Source of the DNA: Epiperipatus broadwayi
Taxonomy: Eukaryota; Animalia; Onychophora
NCBI GenBank assembly: GCA_028023455.1
Contig: JAQFVV010000010.1
Coordinates: 6,882,001-6,946,000, forward strand
Length of the DNA: 64,000 nt
Reading direction: 5' to 3'
Position 1 is the first letter of the stretch, and every line of letters begins with the position of its first letter. Both the position numbers and the translations under genes were made by a program. The notes beneath the pieces are model-generated. The model saw only the letters and a list, made by a program, of their open reading frames with translations. It ran no database searches and had not been told where the DNA came from. This document shows, in pieces, positions 40,560 to 54,231 of this stretch.

Positions 40560-41270
40560 TCTATCTCATAATTGGTTTATAATCTCATAACCATGATAAT
40601 GGAATTAATTTGCATTATAATTGGATGTTTTCTTCTTCAATTCAAAATCATGCTGCATAAGCATTATGCATTTTTTTAAAGATTAAGTTGTGTTATAAAA
40701 TAAAGAAATAATACAATATCAAATAGACTGTTTTTATTACAAATGAAGGTTTTATTTTCATTCCACAGTATTCTAAATCTTTGTAATACTGTAGTTTAAA
40801 AACATTAATACTTTTCCTATAGTGCTTCTTGAATATTAAATGTTTACATCTATAAGTACCAAGAAATTCCATAGCTTGAAGGATTCCAATCTTTATTTTA
40901 AACACTAATCCCTTATAAACATATCTTTCAGTTTCAACTCTACACAGTATCAATATGTAATGAATCTCTTGACTTCTGAACTCTTTATCATTGATAAATG
41001 ATTAAAAGAGGCTAAAACTGTTGTTAACTCCTGTGTCTTCCCCATCAATTTTATAATCAGCTGTTGTTTTTACTGTTAATATAACCATTGATTTCTTCTT
41101 ATTTAGCCATAATTCCTACTCTCATCTTTTCTTCAACTTAGCTATTAAAGTAACATTTGATCATATTCATTTTCAGATATACGTGTGATATCATCAACAT
41201 ATTTATAGTCTCTAATGTTTCTTCCATCAACTATCAATCAGTTTTTTTTTTTCCAGTTTCATTTCCTTCG
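40560..41270 (-). mobile_element. Decayed RTE LINE RT C-terminal fragment
   Basis: ORF-track 40693..40953 and its flanks resemble the RTE region after YADD; heavily degenerate. Confidence 0.5.
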
Positions 41271-41970
41271 TTACACAATGTACAAATTTTTCAATATTCT
41301 AATTTAAAAGTAGATAGCAAAGCTATATATTAAATTTAACTAAGCAATAAAACACAAATATAAATAATATATCTGAGACATATGTCAAAACATGCTTAAA
41401 TATATATAACAATGTTAATCATTTACACATTTTGTCATGTAAACATATCTGTTCAGATAACAAGATATAACTAGAATTAATTTAGAAATAGTTGTATAAT
41501 AAATAAATTCACAATCAATAAAAAAATAAATGTATAAATACCTATGATATAAAATAACCTATTTTAAACATGGTAGCAAAAAGGAGTTTGCTGATAATTT
41601 AAAAGATACAATTTGATTCCAATTTGAAGCCTTAAAGTAATTAAGCAAGGTAAATTCTTAATACTCACTCCATACATTTTTATTGTTGCAAACATTAGTG
41701 AGCTGCTCATCATCACAGATAAGTCATAGCATGATGAATTTATTGGGTTTTTACCTCTGAGTTTAAAATGAAAAAAATACTATAGTCTTTTATCCTAGTT
41801 GCCTAATAGTTCTTAATAAAATATTTCTTAAGTGAAATATCAGTTTTTTTTTAAGACCGAATGAATGTAGGTGTAAAGAAATTATTTTTTTAAACAGATT
41901 ACCATGATAGACACAATTAAATTATGGCCCTTATTCCCATGGAATAGTAAAGTTAGCAGTCAATATAGCA

Positions 41971-42150
41971 ATTAAAACAGGCAAACTCTCCATACAGTAG
42001 TGCCACTCAGTGCAAGCCAGAGTAATCAATGGATGCCAGAAGGCTTGTGCATAAAATTGATTACTCTGGATTGCACTGAGTGGCACTATTGTATGGAGAG
42101 TTTTTCCTGTTTTAATAACAGTTATGAGCAAGCATAAGAAATGGTGATCT
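41971..42150. repeat. Family B fold-back with tail on the right arm
   Basis: Arms 41971-42030 and 42058-42116 are nearly complementary. Tail aacagttatgagcaagcataagaaatggtgatc matches the reverse complement of 20503-20545. Confidence 0.88.
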
Positions 42151-42379
42151 TACACTGTAGCAGTTGGCAGATGATGGCTGAGGATACAAAGAATCACAGA
42201 TTGTGAACCCAGAGAACCATTTGACAATGTTCTTTTATTTAGGTACTTACAACTGCAAATCACTTCTAAGTGAAGAATGCACAAATTGAAAAAACTAATA
42301 TTAAATTGGATATTGTTGGACTTTACAAAATTAAAAAAAAAAAAGTGAAGAGAGAATTTAAAAGTTAACAAGTACTATA

Positions 42380-43380
42380 TTACAAACATACAAATAGTGA
42401 AAGCACAAGCTGTGTGACATTCATTTAAATTTAAAAAGTGGGGAGGAAGACATTAAAATATTATGTAGATTAATGATGAGAGTGGCAAAATTACTTATTC
42501 AACTTAATGGAAGATACCAAATGCAGATAATTCAGACGAATATTCAAAAAGTTCTCATTGAATGAAAAAGTAGGGTATTTTTATATAGATGTATAAAAGG
42601 TTTTTGATAAGATTAATATTAATAAGAAAATATAATAGAATAATTCAATATATCCAAAAATTTTTATTGAATTATCCTATCATATACTCTTATTAATATT
42701 AATCTTCCAATCAACTGGTACATCTGGTATATCTTCATCAATTATGTTTGGAATATAATATTGCAAATAATGCTTCAGAGCTTCAAAAGTGTTACCAGAG
42801 TTATCAAATGAAAGTAAGAAAGTAAGGCCATGGGCAAATGCTAAAAAAAACTAAAATAGTGTTCAATGGATTTTCTCAGAAAGATTTATAATAAAGAATT
42901 AGAAAAAGTTAATAACTAAAAATATCTTGGTCAGATTTTTAATACAAATAGAAGCATAGTGGTTAAAATTGATCATAGAATTTAAAAGTTGAAATGCTTT
43001 TTGTAGAAATAACTTAATATTAAAATGAAATATGTTCATAGGTTTAAGAAGGAAGGAAGCTTGGATACTTAACAGAAAAGCAATAGACTTCAAATCATTC
43101 AATGAAATATGGAGAGATGTATATTAGGAATAACAAGAAGTGTGTGAAAATGAAATATATGGATTAGAGATGAAATAAGTATTAGTGACATCATTGAATG
43201 AAGTAAAAGCTGAAGTGGAGCAAGGTTGGACATATTGCTATAAAAAATAACAATAATTGAACAGTTAAATCTTAAACTATCCCAAGGGATTGTAAAAGAT
43301 TTAGAAAAAGAGCACATATGAGATGGATGGATGAAATAAGGAAGTGAGATGAAAAGATGAAAATGATGATGATAAATAAT
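42380..43380 (+). mobile_element. Decayed, internally deleted RTE LINE (endonuclease piece + RT C-terminus)
   Basis: Matches the 57320-58010 RTE sequence (gcaaataatgcttcagagcttc...ggacatattgcta...agatggatggatgaaat...gatgatgat) and the 49.5-kb endonuclease piece. Confidence 0.75.
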
Positions 43381-43533
43381 TTTAAACATTCACACATGTA
43401 TACTTATACAACTTAAACCATCTATTTCTAATGAATATGTATATATATCTTAATTAACTCTTATCCATATTAATTATTATTTATTTAAAATAATAGCTTC
43501 CTATATAATTACTGTACATAATTAAGATCTTAC

Positions 43534-43646
43534 CTCCTTCATTAATTGCAGCATAATGTAAAGCTGTGAATTTGTTATTAGTGTCAGTTGCATTTACATC
43601 AGCTTTTTTCTGGACTAACAGTTTAACTACAGAAGATAAACCTGCC
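43534..43646 (-). CDS. Ankyrin-repeat protein exon
   Basis: Acceptor atatctttag|, donor GAG|gtaaga. 113 nt, phase 2-1: AGLSSVVKLLVQKKADVNATDTNNKFTALHYAAINEG(G). Confidence 0.93.
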
Positions 43647-43929
43647 CTAAAGATATATAAAGTAAATAATTGTAGAAGTGAAATAATAAATGAGAAAAAA
43701 AGTGACTTTATTTTAAATAAAAAGTTTTAATAATTATAATAAATAAATAATTTAATAATTCTATGATTAAAATGCTTAGGGGAGAAATTTCCAGCACCAT
43801 GAGACCAGCAGTTTCATTCAATTAATGAAACAAAACTTAATGTTTGTTTTACTTTCCACAGCTACAAACCGATTCAGAAACTTTTAGCTTGAGATTACCC
43901 TTCCCTCTACTATAAAATGCTCAAACCAA

Positions 43930-44180
43930 CTGTGTTACCTTAAAATTCAATACCCAAGAATCTAAGGATCCATGTTCAAATCCCATGCTAGTACTGTCAT
44001 TGGTCAGGTCAGCGACCCCTGAAGAAGAAGTGAGAAAAATACCTCTCAAAACGTTGTGTATATACTAACCTGTTTGATGTGCTATTACTAACAGTTGAAT
44101 GTATTTGGAATATTTAAATTAAGTTACATTTTTACACATATTAGATGATGGAAATAGTCCAATATAAAAGTACAAATACA
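43930..44180 (+). mobile_element. Solo PLE pLTR fragment, family P1 (tRNA-like segment + hammerhead-like motif)
   Basis: Colinear with 17700-17916. Contains ccc-CTGAAGA-agaagtgagaaaaatacctctc-aAAACGTT-gtg at 44016-44058. Confidence 0.75.
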
Positions 44181-44739
44181 AAAATAATGAGTCCTAATTA
44201 AAAAAAAAATTCAACTGAGCTTTTTTTAATTGCTTCATAAAATAACATATGAAAGCATTTTCTGAATTTTGATAAATCCTATAAATAATGATAAAAGTTT
44301 AAATAAAATTCATATTTACGTAAATAAACCAAGTTAATAATATCCGCTGTAAATTTATAACTAATATAATTTTTACAATAATTCAGAAAACCTATAGCAG
44401 AGAGTAAAGATAAGAGAAAACAGCGATTTAATAGCCCATAGCAGGGCAAGAACATCTCCAACAACTATTCATAAAAACCAGTGAAGTAGAATGCATTACT
44501 ATCTAGATATGCCAACAGTTTCTCCAAATTTGGTTTATCAACTAAAAATAGTTAGATACTCGCTGACCAATACTGAAAAAAATATATTAAGCCTGCTTCT
44601 ATCATATCATAATAATTGTAGGTGGATATATTACTTCTGCATCAAGAAATCTGAAATGAGGTGTATCTAAATATATTCCTGGAAAAAAAAAACTACGTGT
44701 GAATGAATGCTTGTGTGTTTATATATCATTTAAACTCAC

Positions 44740-44819
44740 TTTGTAGCCAGGATAAGTGGAGAAGCTTTTCCACTTTTTAAATTAGTTGTGCAAATATTTA
44801 CATCAGCTCCAACATGAAT
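44740..44819 (-). CDS. Ankyrin-repeat protein exon
   Basis: Acceptor tttttgatag|, donor |gtgagt. 80 nt, phase 0-2: IHVGADVNICTTNLKSGKASPLILAT(K). Confidence 0.9.
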
Positions 44820-45354
44820 CTATCAAAAAAATAAAACAATAATTACTCAAATAATAACCATAACAGAATTAAAGTAAAATATAAAGAAATATAATAATTC
44901 AAAAAATCAGTAGTAATGTAAAACTACATTTTTAAATTTTACTTTTAAACTGTTTTAATACGATAATATTTACAAATTTATTTTAATTTGAAAATCTACT
45001 TAAATAGACGAAATTGCAGGAATCTATGGATGATCCATTGGTTAATCAAAAAAAAAAATTAATAAGTCTGTATAATCATTTAAGAAAAAACAAAATGGCA
45101 AAAATGTAATGATTGCAATACAATTAGGAGTATAGATAACCTGCACATTAAAGCTCATCTTCAAACTAAAAGTCTCTTTGGAAGACAACCAGTACATAAG
45201 TGGTATCACTAAGCACATCCAATAAGTCTTAAATTGGAAAAAAAAACACCGTCGCCAGAGTTTTTCAAACAATAGTCAAAAACTGCCAGCAAAGTGGTGG
45301 GAGCCAATAGAAAGCACAAATTCTGTACAATGAAGATCTCAATAATTAAACTCT

Positions 45355-46187
45355 TAAGATCTCTAGTAGCCATCTTTTACTTTTTTGGCTAACTATAAAG
45401 CTGTGAATCCCAAATGAAAACCCAATAAAGTTTTCAAGCTAAGCTCATTGGCTTGTATACTTATATAGATCTGAACTCAGTTCAGCATCCACACTTTTTG
45501 GTGTTCTTGGTTCTTTAATAACCACAGTTACCATAATCCTATTAGGCAGGATTGGTATTAAACCATCAAACATCACATGATCACTATTCTTTATGTTTAC
45601 ATAAGCTGTTTTTCACACAGGCAAAGTTTTCCATGCAGTAGCACTACTCAGTGCAAGCCAGAGTAATCAATGGACACAGGAAGGTTTGTGCATAAAACCC
45701 CTATCTAGGACCTACTCATTCAATATCCCCAGATTAGTTTCTAGCTTGTGGTTTTCATCAGTGAAAGCCTTGGATCTGAGAGCATTACACCTAAATCTTA
45801 GGATCTAATGCAATCCTCCAGCAACCATCTTTTACTTTTTTAGCTAACTATAAAGCTTTTAGTCCAAAATAAAAACACAATAAGGTGAGTTCAAATATAT
45901 ACAACTATACAAGCTAATGAGCTTAGCTTGTGTGTTTTCATTTGGGATTCAAAGTTTTATAGTTGGCTAAAAAAGTAAAAGGTAGCTGCTAGAGGTTGCG
46001 TTAGATCCCAAGATCTAGGTGTAGTGCTCTCAGATCCAAGGCTTCTTGCTGATGAAAGCCACAAGCTAGAAACTAGTCTGGGAATATTGAATGAGTAGGC
46101 ACTAGATAGGGATTTTATGCACAAACCTTCCTGCATCCATTGATTACTCTGGCTTGCACTGAGTGACGCTACTGTATGGAGAGTTTT
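45355..46187. mobile_element. Family B large fold-back (about 300-bp arms, hammerhead-like motif on both strands) plus an extra partial copy
   Basis: Minus arm with tail about 45558-45870; plus arm about 45885-46187 with CTGATGA at 46049-46055 and GAAActagtc at 46069-46078; extra minus-strand fragment 45355-45480. Confidence 0.88.
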
Positions 46188-47588
46188 TTTAATATTTAAA
46201 TAGTGGTATTTTTGAAATGTATGTTGTGCACATGTTTTGGTTATACTAATTGTTATATTAATATTTTGAGTTTTGGAAGAAATTAAAACATCTGTTATAT
46301 CACAAATATTATTAGTACAGAATATTTTTTATTTAGCACATTAGTATGCTGAGAAAAGCTAGTGTGGAAAAGATTAATATAAATTTTAAAAAATCTGAAA
46401 AGCCAAAAGATTAAGTATTAATATCAAAGATAATTGCTTAACAGTGTATAGTCCCATAGTGATTATTAATATTAAAGATAATGATTGTTAATATTAAATA
46501 AAGAAACTTGCCTTTAAAATTTGACAGATTAGTAATTTCTCTTTTTCTCTATCACTATTGTTAAAAAATTATAGAGAATTTTGGGATTGATATACTTTTT
46601 ATGATTTTTGTACTGCCAAATTCAATTCAACTGAAGCAGATGAAATTATAGTTTTATTTGGAAAATATTATTTTATTTACATTATTTTTGAATATCAGAT
46701 TAAATGGCAGTCAATATATAAATATAAAATATTTTATTAATAAAAAATAAAAAATAGTACTTCAAAAGCATATCTAAAAACCACTAAACCACTGGAACAA
46801 TTTTGAAATAAGATGATTTTTTTTTTTTTTAAATAAACAATTCAAAAATTAATCTCAAACTAATCCTAATAAAACCATGTAGAATCAAATTAGTTTTGGC
46901 AAGAGCTAAACAATTCTATTAAAAATATATTAAAAAAAACATACTGTCTATAATCAATTAATAAAACAAACAAATACAAAATATATATTTTAAAAACCTA
47001 ATTAATACAAAAAAAATAAAAATTAAGATGTGTCAATTATATTTTAAGTAATAAAAGTCTTTATTTCACACAAATATTTCTTCATTAGGTTTAATTTTTA
47101 GAGCTAAGTGCGTTTTTTCCTATGAGCGACAAGGCTTTATCCACTAAGTAAGAATAGATTGGTATTTATTTAGTGTGCAACTTAGATAATCATAACTGCT
47201 ATGAATCAAGTATCAAACCGGAAATGAGATTTTTGTCTAAATCTCTCTACAACCTTGTCCTTAAAAACAATGGCATGCTTTTTTCTTTTGTAATTAAGTT
47301 AGCAAAAGAAATAAATCATTATGACTAAAAGAAAATTAGCAATGCTCATCAAGACAAATCAATGTTATCAAATCATTCTAACACAAAAACAGAATATCAA
47401 AAAGGCAATTATATATCAACAATAAGAATATTACATATCATGTAGGTAAAAATTGTCTAGAAATTCACATTTCTTTACCATTTAAGTGATTCCAATACAT
47501 ATAAAATATATTTTAAATGCCATATGAATAACACTATAACCAATATATATATATATAATAAGTGAAATAATGCTTAAAGCTTAATGGG

Positions 47589-47743
47589 ACATGCCGACAT
47601 AGATAGTAATCAATATTTCTCACTGCTGTCAAGGCAACCTCTCTCCTTTTAATAGAATGGGGATTTCCACTCTTGCTATTAAAAAAGAGAGAGGATGCCT
47701 TGACAGCAGTGAGAAATATTGATTACTACCTATGTTGGCATGT
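47589..47743. repeat. Inverted repeat (about 68-bp arms)
   Basis: acatgccgacatagatagtaatcaatatttctcactgctgtcaaggca... versus ...tgccttgacagcagtgagaaatattgattactacctatgttggcatgt. Confidence 0.9.
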
Positions 47744-47919
47744 TTAGGTGTTGACTGGTTTCTAATGGATATATATTATCTGACATATAGGATTGGTAGT
47801 CATATAAGAAAGCCGTGTTATTCTCAAGTTTATTTAAAATGATAGTAACATTTTCGGACAATGGTTCTTTCGTGAATAGGTTTATATATATATACACACA
47901 CATACAGTCACACTTAGTA

Positions 47920-48144
47920 TTTGGATGAAGGTTTGTGATGATGGTATATTAAATGTAATAATATGTTGAACTATATCCATAATCTATCAATAAATGTTGA
48001 ATGTATAGAAAATTTTTAACTTATCTTAAACTTTTCAAATACAAACAACTTGTTAGTAATAACACACAAATAGACTAGCCTGTGTTGTCTATTTGTGTGT
48101 TATTACTAACACGTGTTTGTATTTGAAGTTTAAAATTTTCTATA
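47920..48144. repeat. Family P1 fold-back (tail-bearing minus arm + short inverted arm)
   Basis: Arms 48004-48075 and 48087-48144 around an 11-nt loop. The left extension carries the P1 tail (gaaggtttgtgatg). Confidence 0.75.
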
Positions 48145-48376
48145 TATAATTTTCTAATATATGTATTATCACATATAAAGTCACACTTTGTTGTTAAAAC
48201 CACTAGTCAATGTTGTCAGTACATACTGGTGAATAATTCAACACACATGTATGAATTATTGAAATATAATGTAAATTATTAAATAAAAAATGAGCTTAAT
48301 GATCTACATGGATAAAGTTTGCTGCAAATTCAATCTGATAAATATTTAATTATTTCTCTAGATTTTGTCTACTTAC

Positions 48377-48546
48377 CAATCTCTCAGCAGTGTTGACATC
48401 CTTATTAAGGATAGCACTAATGAGTGGTGTATGTCCTTCTTGGCTTACTAAATCCAATGGAGGTTTGAATAAAAGAATTTGTTCTAATACAGGATCATGA
48501 AATATTTCTGGCATAGCAACTAAAAAGTGCATTACAGACCAAAGAC
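48377..48546 (-). CDS. Ankyrin-repeat protein exon
   Basis: Acceptor tttcttgtag|, donor |gtaagt. 170 nt, phase 1-0: (G)LWSVMHFLVAMPEIFHDPVLEQILLFKPPLDLVSQEGHTPLISAILNKDVNTAERL. Lies within ORF-track 48350..48577. Confidence 0.92.
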
Positions 48547-49379
48547 CTACAAGAAATTTACATATATAAATATACATTTATACATATGTTAAAGCAAAAG
48601 TTACCATGAGTGAAATATGTATTAAAAATTTATAAAAGCTTTTAGGAACAACAGTACAGAATATTAAAAGCTTTAATATTCTACACAATTGCTACTGAAA
48701 GCTATATACATTGTGATATATAATAACAGAACAACTTTTTAATCTACACAAGACCAAGCCAGTTAATAGAATAATAACCATCTTTAATTTATCATTCATG
48801 TCCAATACATAAGAGAGCCACCATTGATTTAAGTTAATGGACTAGCTATTCCTACAAGTCTTAACTCTACTCCCCCTTAAATCCCCTAATTTATATCTAT
48901 ATTCTAAAATGCTGTAGAAAAAAAATTGATTTAAAGGAAGTAAGAAGGGTAAACTCCTAATGTCTACTCCATCCATCCTTGTCATTATAGCTATTGTTAT
49001 TATGTGACTGACATAGATGGATTCCTCACAAGCATACATCAACTAACATGTTAAGTTTATCAGATTGTTGCCTCAGAGTTTAAAACCAAAAAATATCAGT
49101 CTTTATTCTTATTTATCTGATAGTTCTTGACTTAACCATCAATTGAATTCTCTTGATGGACATAATAAATATGAGCATGAACAATAATTTTTTTCATTAT
49201 TTATAATTATGACAAACAAAATTAAATTACAGTCCTTGTTTAGGCTATAAAATTGTCAGTCAATATATAAGTCGGTGATCTAAAGTGGAGAGTGCTAAGA
49301 ATGCCCTGATTGTGGAGTTGTGCTGGCATTGAAATATTATAGAAGTTGGAAAAATAACTATTTAATATATAATGTGACA

Positions 49380-50330
49380 TTGCTGGATTATGTAAAGTTA
49401 AAAAAAAATATGAAGAGGCAATTAATTTGAAAAGTTGACATGCATTATCTTACTATAAAAAGACAAACACTGGATACACAAGTGGATTGAGATTCATTAC
49501 AAATACAAAATAGAAGAACAATATTGGGAAGATTTAAAATATATCAGACACAGAGTGGCAAGACTAATTTTTCAATTTAATAGAAGATATCAACTGCAGA
49601 TAATTCCAAATTTATGCCTTTACAAGTCCTTATTATAAATGAAGAACTTAAGGATTTTTATATAGATATACAAAATACTTTTAATCATATCAAAAACACT
49701 TAAGATTGTCATGGAAAATTTTTATGATAAAATTAAAAAACGATTGATAGAAGAAAATGCTGTAGATAAATTGAGCTATGATGACAGAAATGAAAGAGAA
49801 TACAGACTTGAGGATTTTGCAGAAGATGAAAAATAATATAAAATAAATTCTTTCTTTAAAAAAAAAATGCTAACCAGCAAAGGACATGACAACATCCAAA
49901 TGAAAATACAATAGAAACAGAAAATATATGTTTCAAGATTGGAATGTTAATTAATTGAACACAGAAAATGATCATTATTAGTGAGATAGTGTCTAAGCTC
50001 AAAATTACAAAGATAAAAACTAAAAGACAATATTAACAATTTATATTTCTAACCTTCAGAATCATTCCAATGAATTTAGATTATAACTTGCTGATTCTTT
50101 TAAAATATTGACAGACTTTGTCAATGATTTAAATTTAATATGAAGATAGCTTGTATTTTATTAAAAACTGCATCATAGATAATTGGTACAAAAAAGAAGT
50201 AATTCACTGCTTAATTTTCAAATTAGACAAGATAGTAATATAAAAAATGAAAAAATATGAAAATATTTTTAAATGATTCATTAAGAAAAACTGAATATCT
50301 GGAATTCTAAAAATAATAAAAAAAAAAAAA
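49380..50330 (+). mobile_element. Decayed RTE endonuclease region
   Basis: Fragments resembling RVARLIFQFNRRYQLQII..YA.TS, FY.DIQ, DRNERE.RLEDFAE and INSFFKKK. Confidence 0.65.
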
Positions 50331-53010
50331 GTTTATACAAACATAAAAAAAATAATAATAATTGTGAATTAGCAAGAAAAATTTCAAAAATATAAAACAA
50401 CAACTTGATATGGAAAGAAAAATTATTCAGCAATTAAAAAAAAAAAAAATTATTATTAAAAAGAGAAATGACATTATAAAATGTAAGAATTCTATTAAAA
50501 AAATTACATGCGGTAGGGTGATTCAATATCTCCAAAACTTTTTACAGAAGTTTTTTTGTGAATCAAAATGGGAAGCTAAAGGAATAACGGAAGATATTTT
50601 AGAGACTTGTGTATGTTTTTGCATTATTTGTTTTGGAGCTTCAGGAAATGTGGCAGGAGTTAGCAGTTGAAAGTATTCATTTGATATGTATAAAATGAAA
50701 TTCGAAAATCATTTACTCATTTCAACAGTTTCAATTGTTCCTTCAATTTTGCTCTACATTCATTTTTTTATAGGTCAAATTCATAATATTCAAAGTAAAA
50801 TTGTTTATATATATATTTTAAAACTGTGTTCTAATCATTCATTTACTTAAAAAAAAAAAATCTTTAAATTGGCGACAATAAATAAACCCATGTGAAGTTT
50901 GTTTATTATCAAATCGAAATTAAAGTAGCATTTAAACCTTAAATATTTAAATCATTCAGTCATTACTATAATTACGCATTACTTATAAAACAATTTAAAA
51001 TACATAACATGACAATAAATAATATATCTATAATATTTCCTGCTTAAATTTCAAGCAGTTTTTATTAAAGTTTATATACAAAATTTACTAAAAACTTAAG
51101 TACAAATAGAGATGTCTATATAGCATTTAACTTTAATTTAAATAAGATTGTTGTGATAAATACTAGTTATTGTTTAATTACTTATTTCAGAATTTTGATA
51201 TTTGTATCCCAGTTGTTGACTGTAAATCTTTTATTCATTTAGTAAATTGTTTGAATTATATTTATAACACTTAATACTGATGTAATCCTTTAGTTTATTT
51301 GTTGCTATAAAGGAAGAGAATTCACGATATTTTGTTCCCAATTCATTTTGGAGACTTTCCTATAGAGTTGGTTCATATATCTGGGAAGGATCTCATATAT
51401 TTTAGCCTGCTATTGCAGTAAAATCCATGTAAAACATTTACAGAACTGTAGACAATCGAATCTCATCAATTTTTAAAACACACAGATGATAAATTTCCAA
51501 AATGCGGGTTTTCAACAAAATTATTTACTTGTAAAAACAATATCAATATGTGTATATAAATTAATAATTTTTTATTAAGTGCTTTATAACTTTCAAAATA
51601 TTAATGATATACTGTTATTAGCTTTTTAATAATTAAATTTACAATTACACAACATTTTTAATTACCTTATACAATATTTTAAAGAATACTTAAAATATAT
51701 ACTTTATTATTAATGTATAAATAATAAAAAATATTATACACACATATGCATGCACATAACATAGCATGTCTACCTATTAACATTATGAGTTAATTACTTC
51801 CTAAATATAATTTTATTATTATTATTGTTATATTTAAATGGTTTTATTCAACGCTTGCTTTGCCTAGTTTGTCTCCAAAAAGTAAATAAACCATATTGTG
51901 TTATATCCTCTATCAATACTACTATTAAAAAATGAGTGACTACAATAAGAAAAAATGATTATATCATTTCAATATGTATATCCAAACAAGAAATTAAATT
52001 TGAACAATTTCAAAAAATGACAGAATGATTTTTATTCAAAGATTTTAAAAAATATGATAGATAATATGTTAATATAGGTAAAAAAAAGAAAAATATATGC
52101 ATAAAATATAAAACATGATTAAAAGTGAAAAATAGTTAATAAAACAAATTTATAAAAATCAAACGATTAAAAAATCACTGTCAAATACTAAAATTCATTT
52201 AATACAATTGAAATACTTGCATATAGCACATGAGTGAGTAATATATTAGTCTTTCTTTAATATTAGAAACAAACAAAAAACAAGATCATTTTTAAAATTA
52301 ATGTTGCTCATGTTTTTCTGAGCATGCTCAGCAGTCACGTACAAGTATGTTTTAATGTTAGAACATGAATCAAAATATATTTAAAAGAAAGAATAATGTT
52401 GTGTCTCCAACTATGACTGGGCAACAAGCAAACAAATGTACAATAAAACTCGACAGATAATAGCACATTTACATTTAGCAATAGTAATTTATTAACAATT
52501 AGGAAAAAGAATTACTATACTGATCTTTAACACAAATATAAAGTCTGCATTTGAGCAAGCCTAATTCACAGGTTAATTACTGAATAGCAAATAATGTTAA
52601 TAAAGTTTCGGTAAGCTATTATTCACTTTACCTTCACTACTGCCTATCGTCTTTATCACACAACATTCTAAGAGCCTCTTGAGGCAATCAAAATAATAAT
52701 AAGGCCGAGATGATCTGTTAAAAATACTAGTCAGCTTAGTGTTCTACTGGAACAGAGATCCTGGGAATAAAGTTTTCCGATGATGATCTGCAACAACTTA
52801 TGGAACAGTGACATAAGCAGCAATAACAGAAAGAGTGAGTGGCCAGTCCTTCTTTCCTATCAATTTATAACCTCTCTCTTTTTTTGTTTCCTTATCTTTT
52901 TCTGGAGTATTTTTGACTTTGGCTTTAATTAGTTCGCATAATCAATTTACGTATTATTTAAAGTTTGCTACCATACAATGGAATTCATCTTAGCTTTTAA
53001 TTACACATAT

Positions 53011-53188
53011 AATTAATTACTGTCTTAGGAATTTATTTCCATAAAAGGTACGTTTTTAAGGTTTATAATATTAATTAATTTTAGGAATTTATTTCCATAT
53101 CTGTAAAATTTTAGATCTATACAATTAATTAGCATCTTAGGAATTCATTTCCATATAAGGTATTTGTAAGGTCTATTCCATTAATTAA
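53011..53188 (+). repeat. Minisatellite, about 3 units of 50-65 bp
   Basis: Three recurrences of aattaatt...ttaggaattt/catttccata...aagg. Confidence 0.75.
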
Positions 53189-53366
53189 TATATATTATGC
53201 ATCTATGTTTATTTAAACTATGTTTAATTGAAACATTTCTTTTTAAAGATTTATTTACCAGTATTCATAAGTTTAAAATATTATTTAATGTTTTGCAAAT
53301 AATAAAAATGTTTATACTAATAAAGATCTTAGCAAAACACATCAGTAGTAAATAAGGCAAATTTAC

Positions 53367-53442
53367 CTTTTTTAGGATTTTCTTTTTCTTTAGATGGAAA
53401 CACTTGAGTAGCCAGATTCGACCCAGCATCAGCAATCAAAAT
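53367..53442 (-). CDS. Ankyrin-repeat protein exon
   Basis: Acceptor atataacag|, donor AAG|gtaaat. 76 nt, phase 0-1: ILIADAGSNLATQVFPSKEKENPKK+G; phase matches the next exon. Confidence 0.82.
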
Positions 53443-53522
53443 CTGTTATAATAATATAGTTATTATTTATTTATTAAATTCAAATTAAATTAACTAATGT
53501 AAATTAAATACATAAAATATAC

Positions 53523-53585
53523 CTGCATAGTTGTTGTGGTCCATTGAAGAATTTTCTTTTTCATCTCTTCAGATTCATCAAAAAA
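53523..53585 (-). CDS. Ankyrin-repeat protein exon
   Basis: Acceptor atatttag|, donor CAG|gtatat. 63 nt, phase 0-0: FFDESEEMKKKILQWTTTTMQ. An 80-nt intron follows. Confidence 0.78.
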
Positions 53586-54231
53586 CTAAATATAGTATAG
53601 AAGGGACCATTTTATAAAAATAAATAAATTTAAAATATTTAATCTTAGTTCAGATCATGATAGCAATGTAAGATTATAGTAACACAAACTGACTACAAAA
53701 AGACAATTAAAGTACTGTAATTAGATAAGCAATAATATTGGTCAAGCAATATTTCATGATCCATGTCAGTGGATGTTTGCCATTGTATGCCACCTTCTTC
53801 AAACAATTAGGAACTATAATATTTATAAAATTATATTAAAATCTTTAATAATATTGTTCTGCCATGACCAAATCTGCAGAAGTCATGCAACGACTGCATC
53901 ACTGAAAGTTATGTTATTTATAATTGCACTTACGTAAAAAAAATCGAACAAAGTTTCATTTAATTGTCTAAATTAAGATTTTCTTTTTTTTTTTTTAACT
54001 TTACTCATGCAAAAATTAATCAGAAAATCTTTCACTCTTCAATTCATCACTTCATTAAACTGCCCAGAGCATTTATAATTATGTTACACTGTAAGATTAA
54101 AAATCATAGTTTTAAGTAAATACATGTAACTATAATAATAAGAAAATATACATCAAGCTTGTACTACAAATGTAATATAATGAGTGTGCTAATAGCTCTA
54201 AACAAGCTTTTATATTACATGTAACTATATT

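Noticed and set aside
44380-44680. Protein-like minus-strand reading (IYLDTPHFRFLDAEVIYPP...)
   Set aside because: Stop-interrupted and I could not match a definite family motif.
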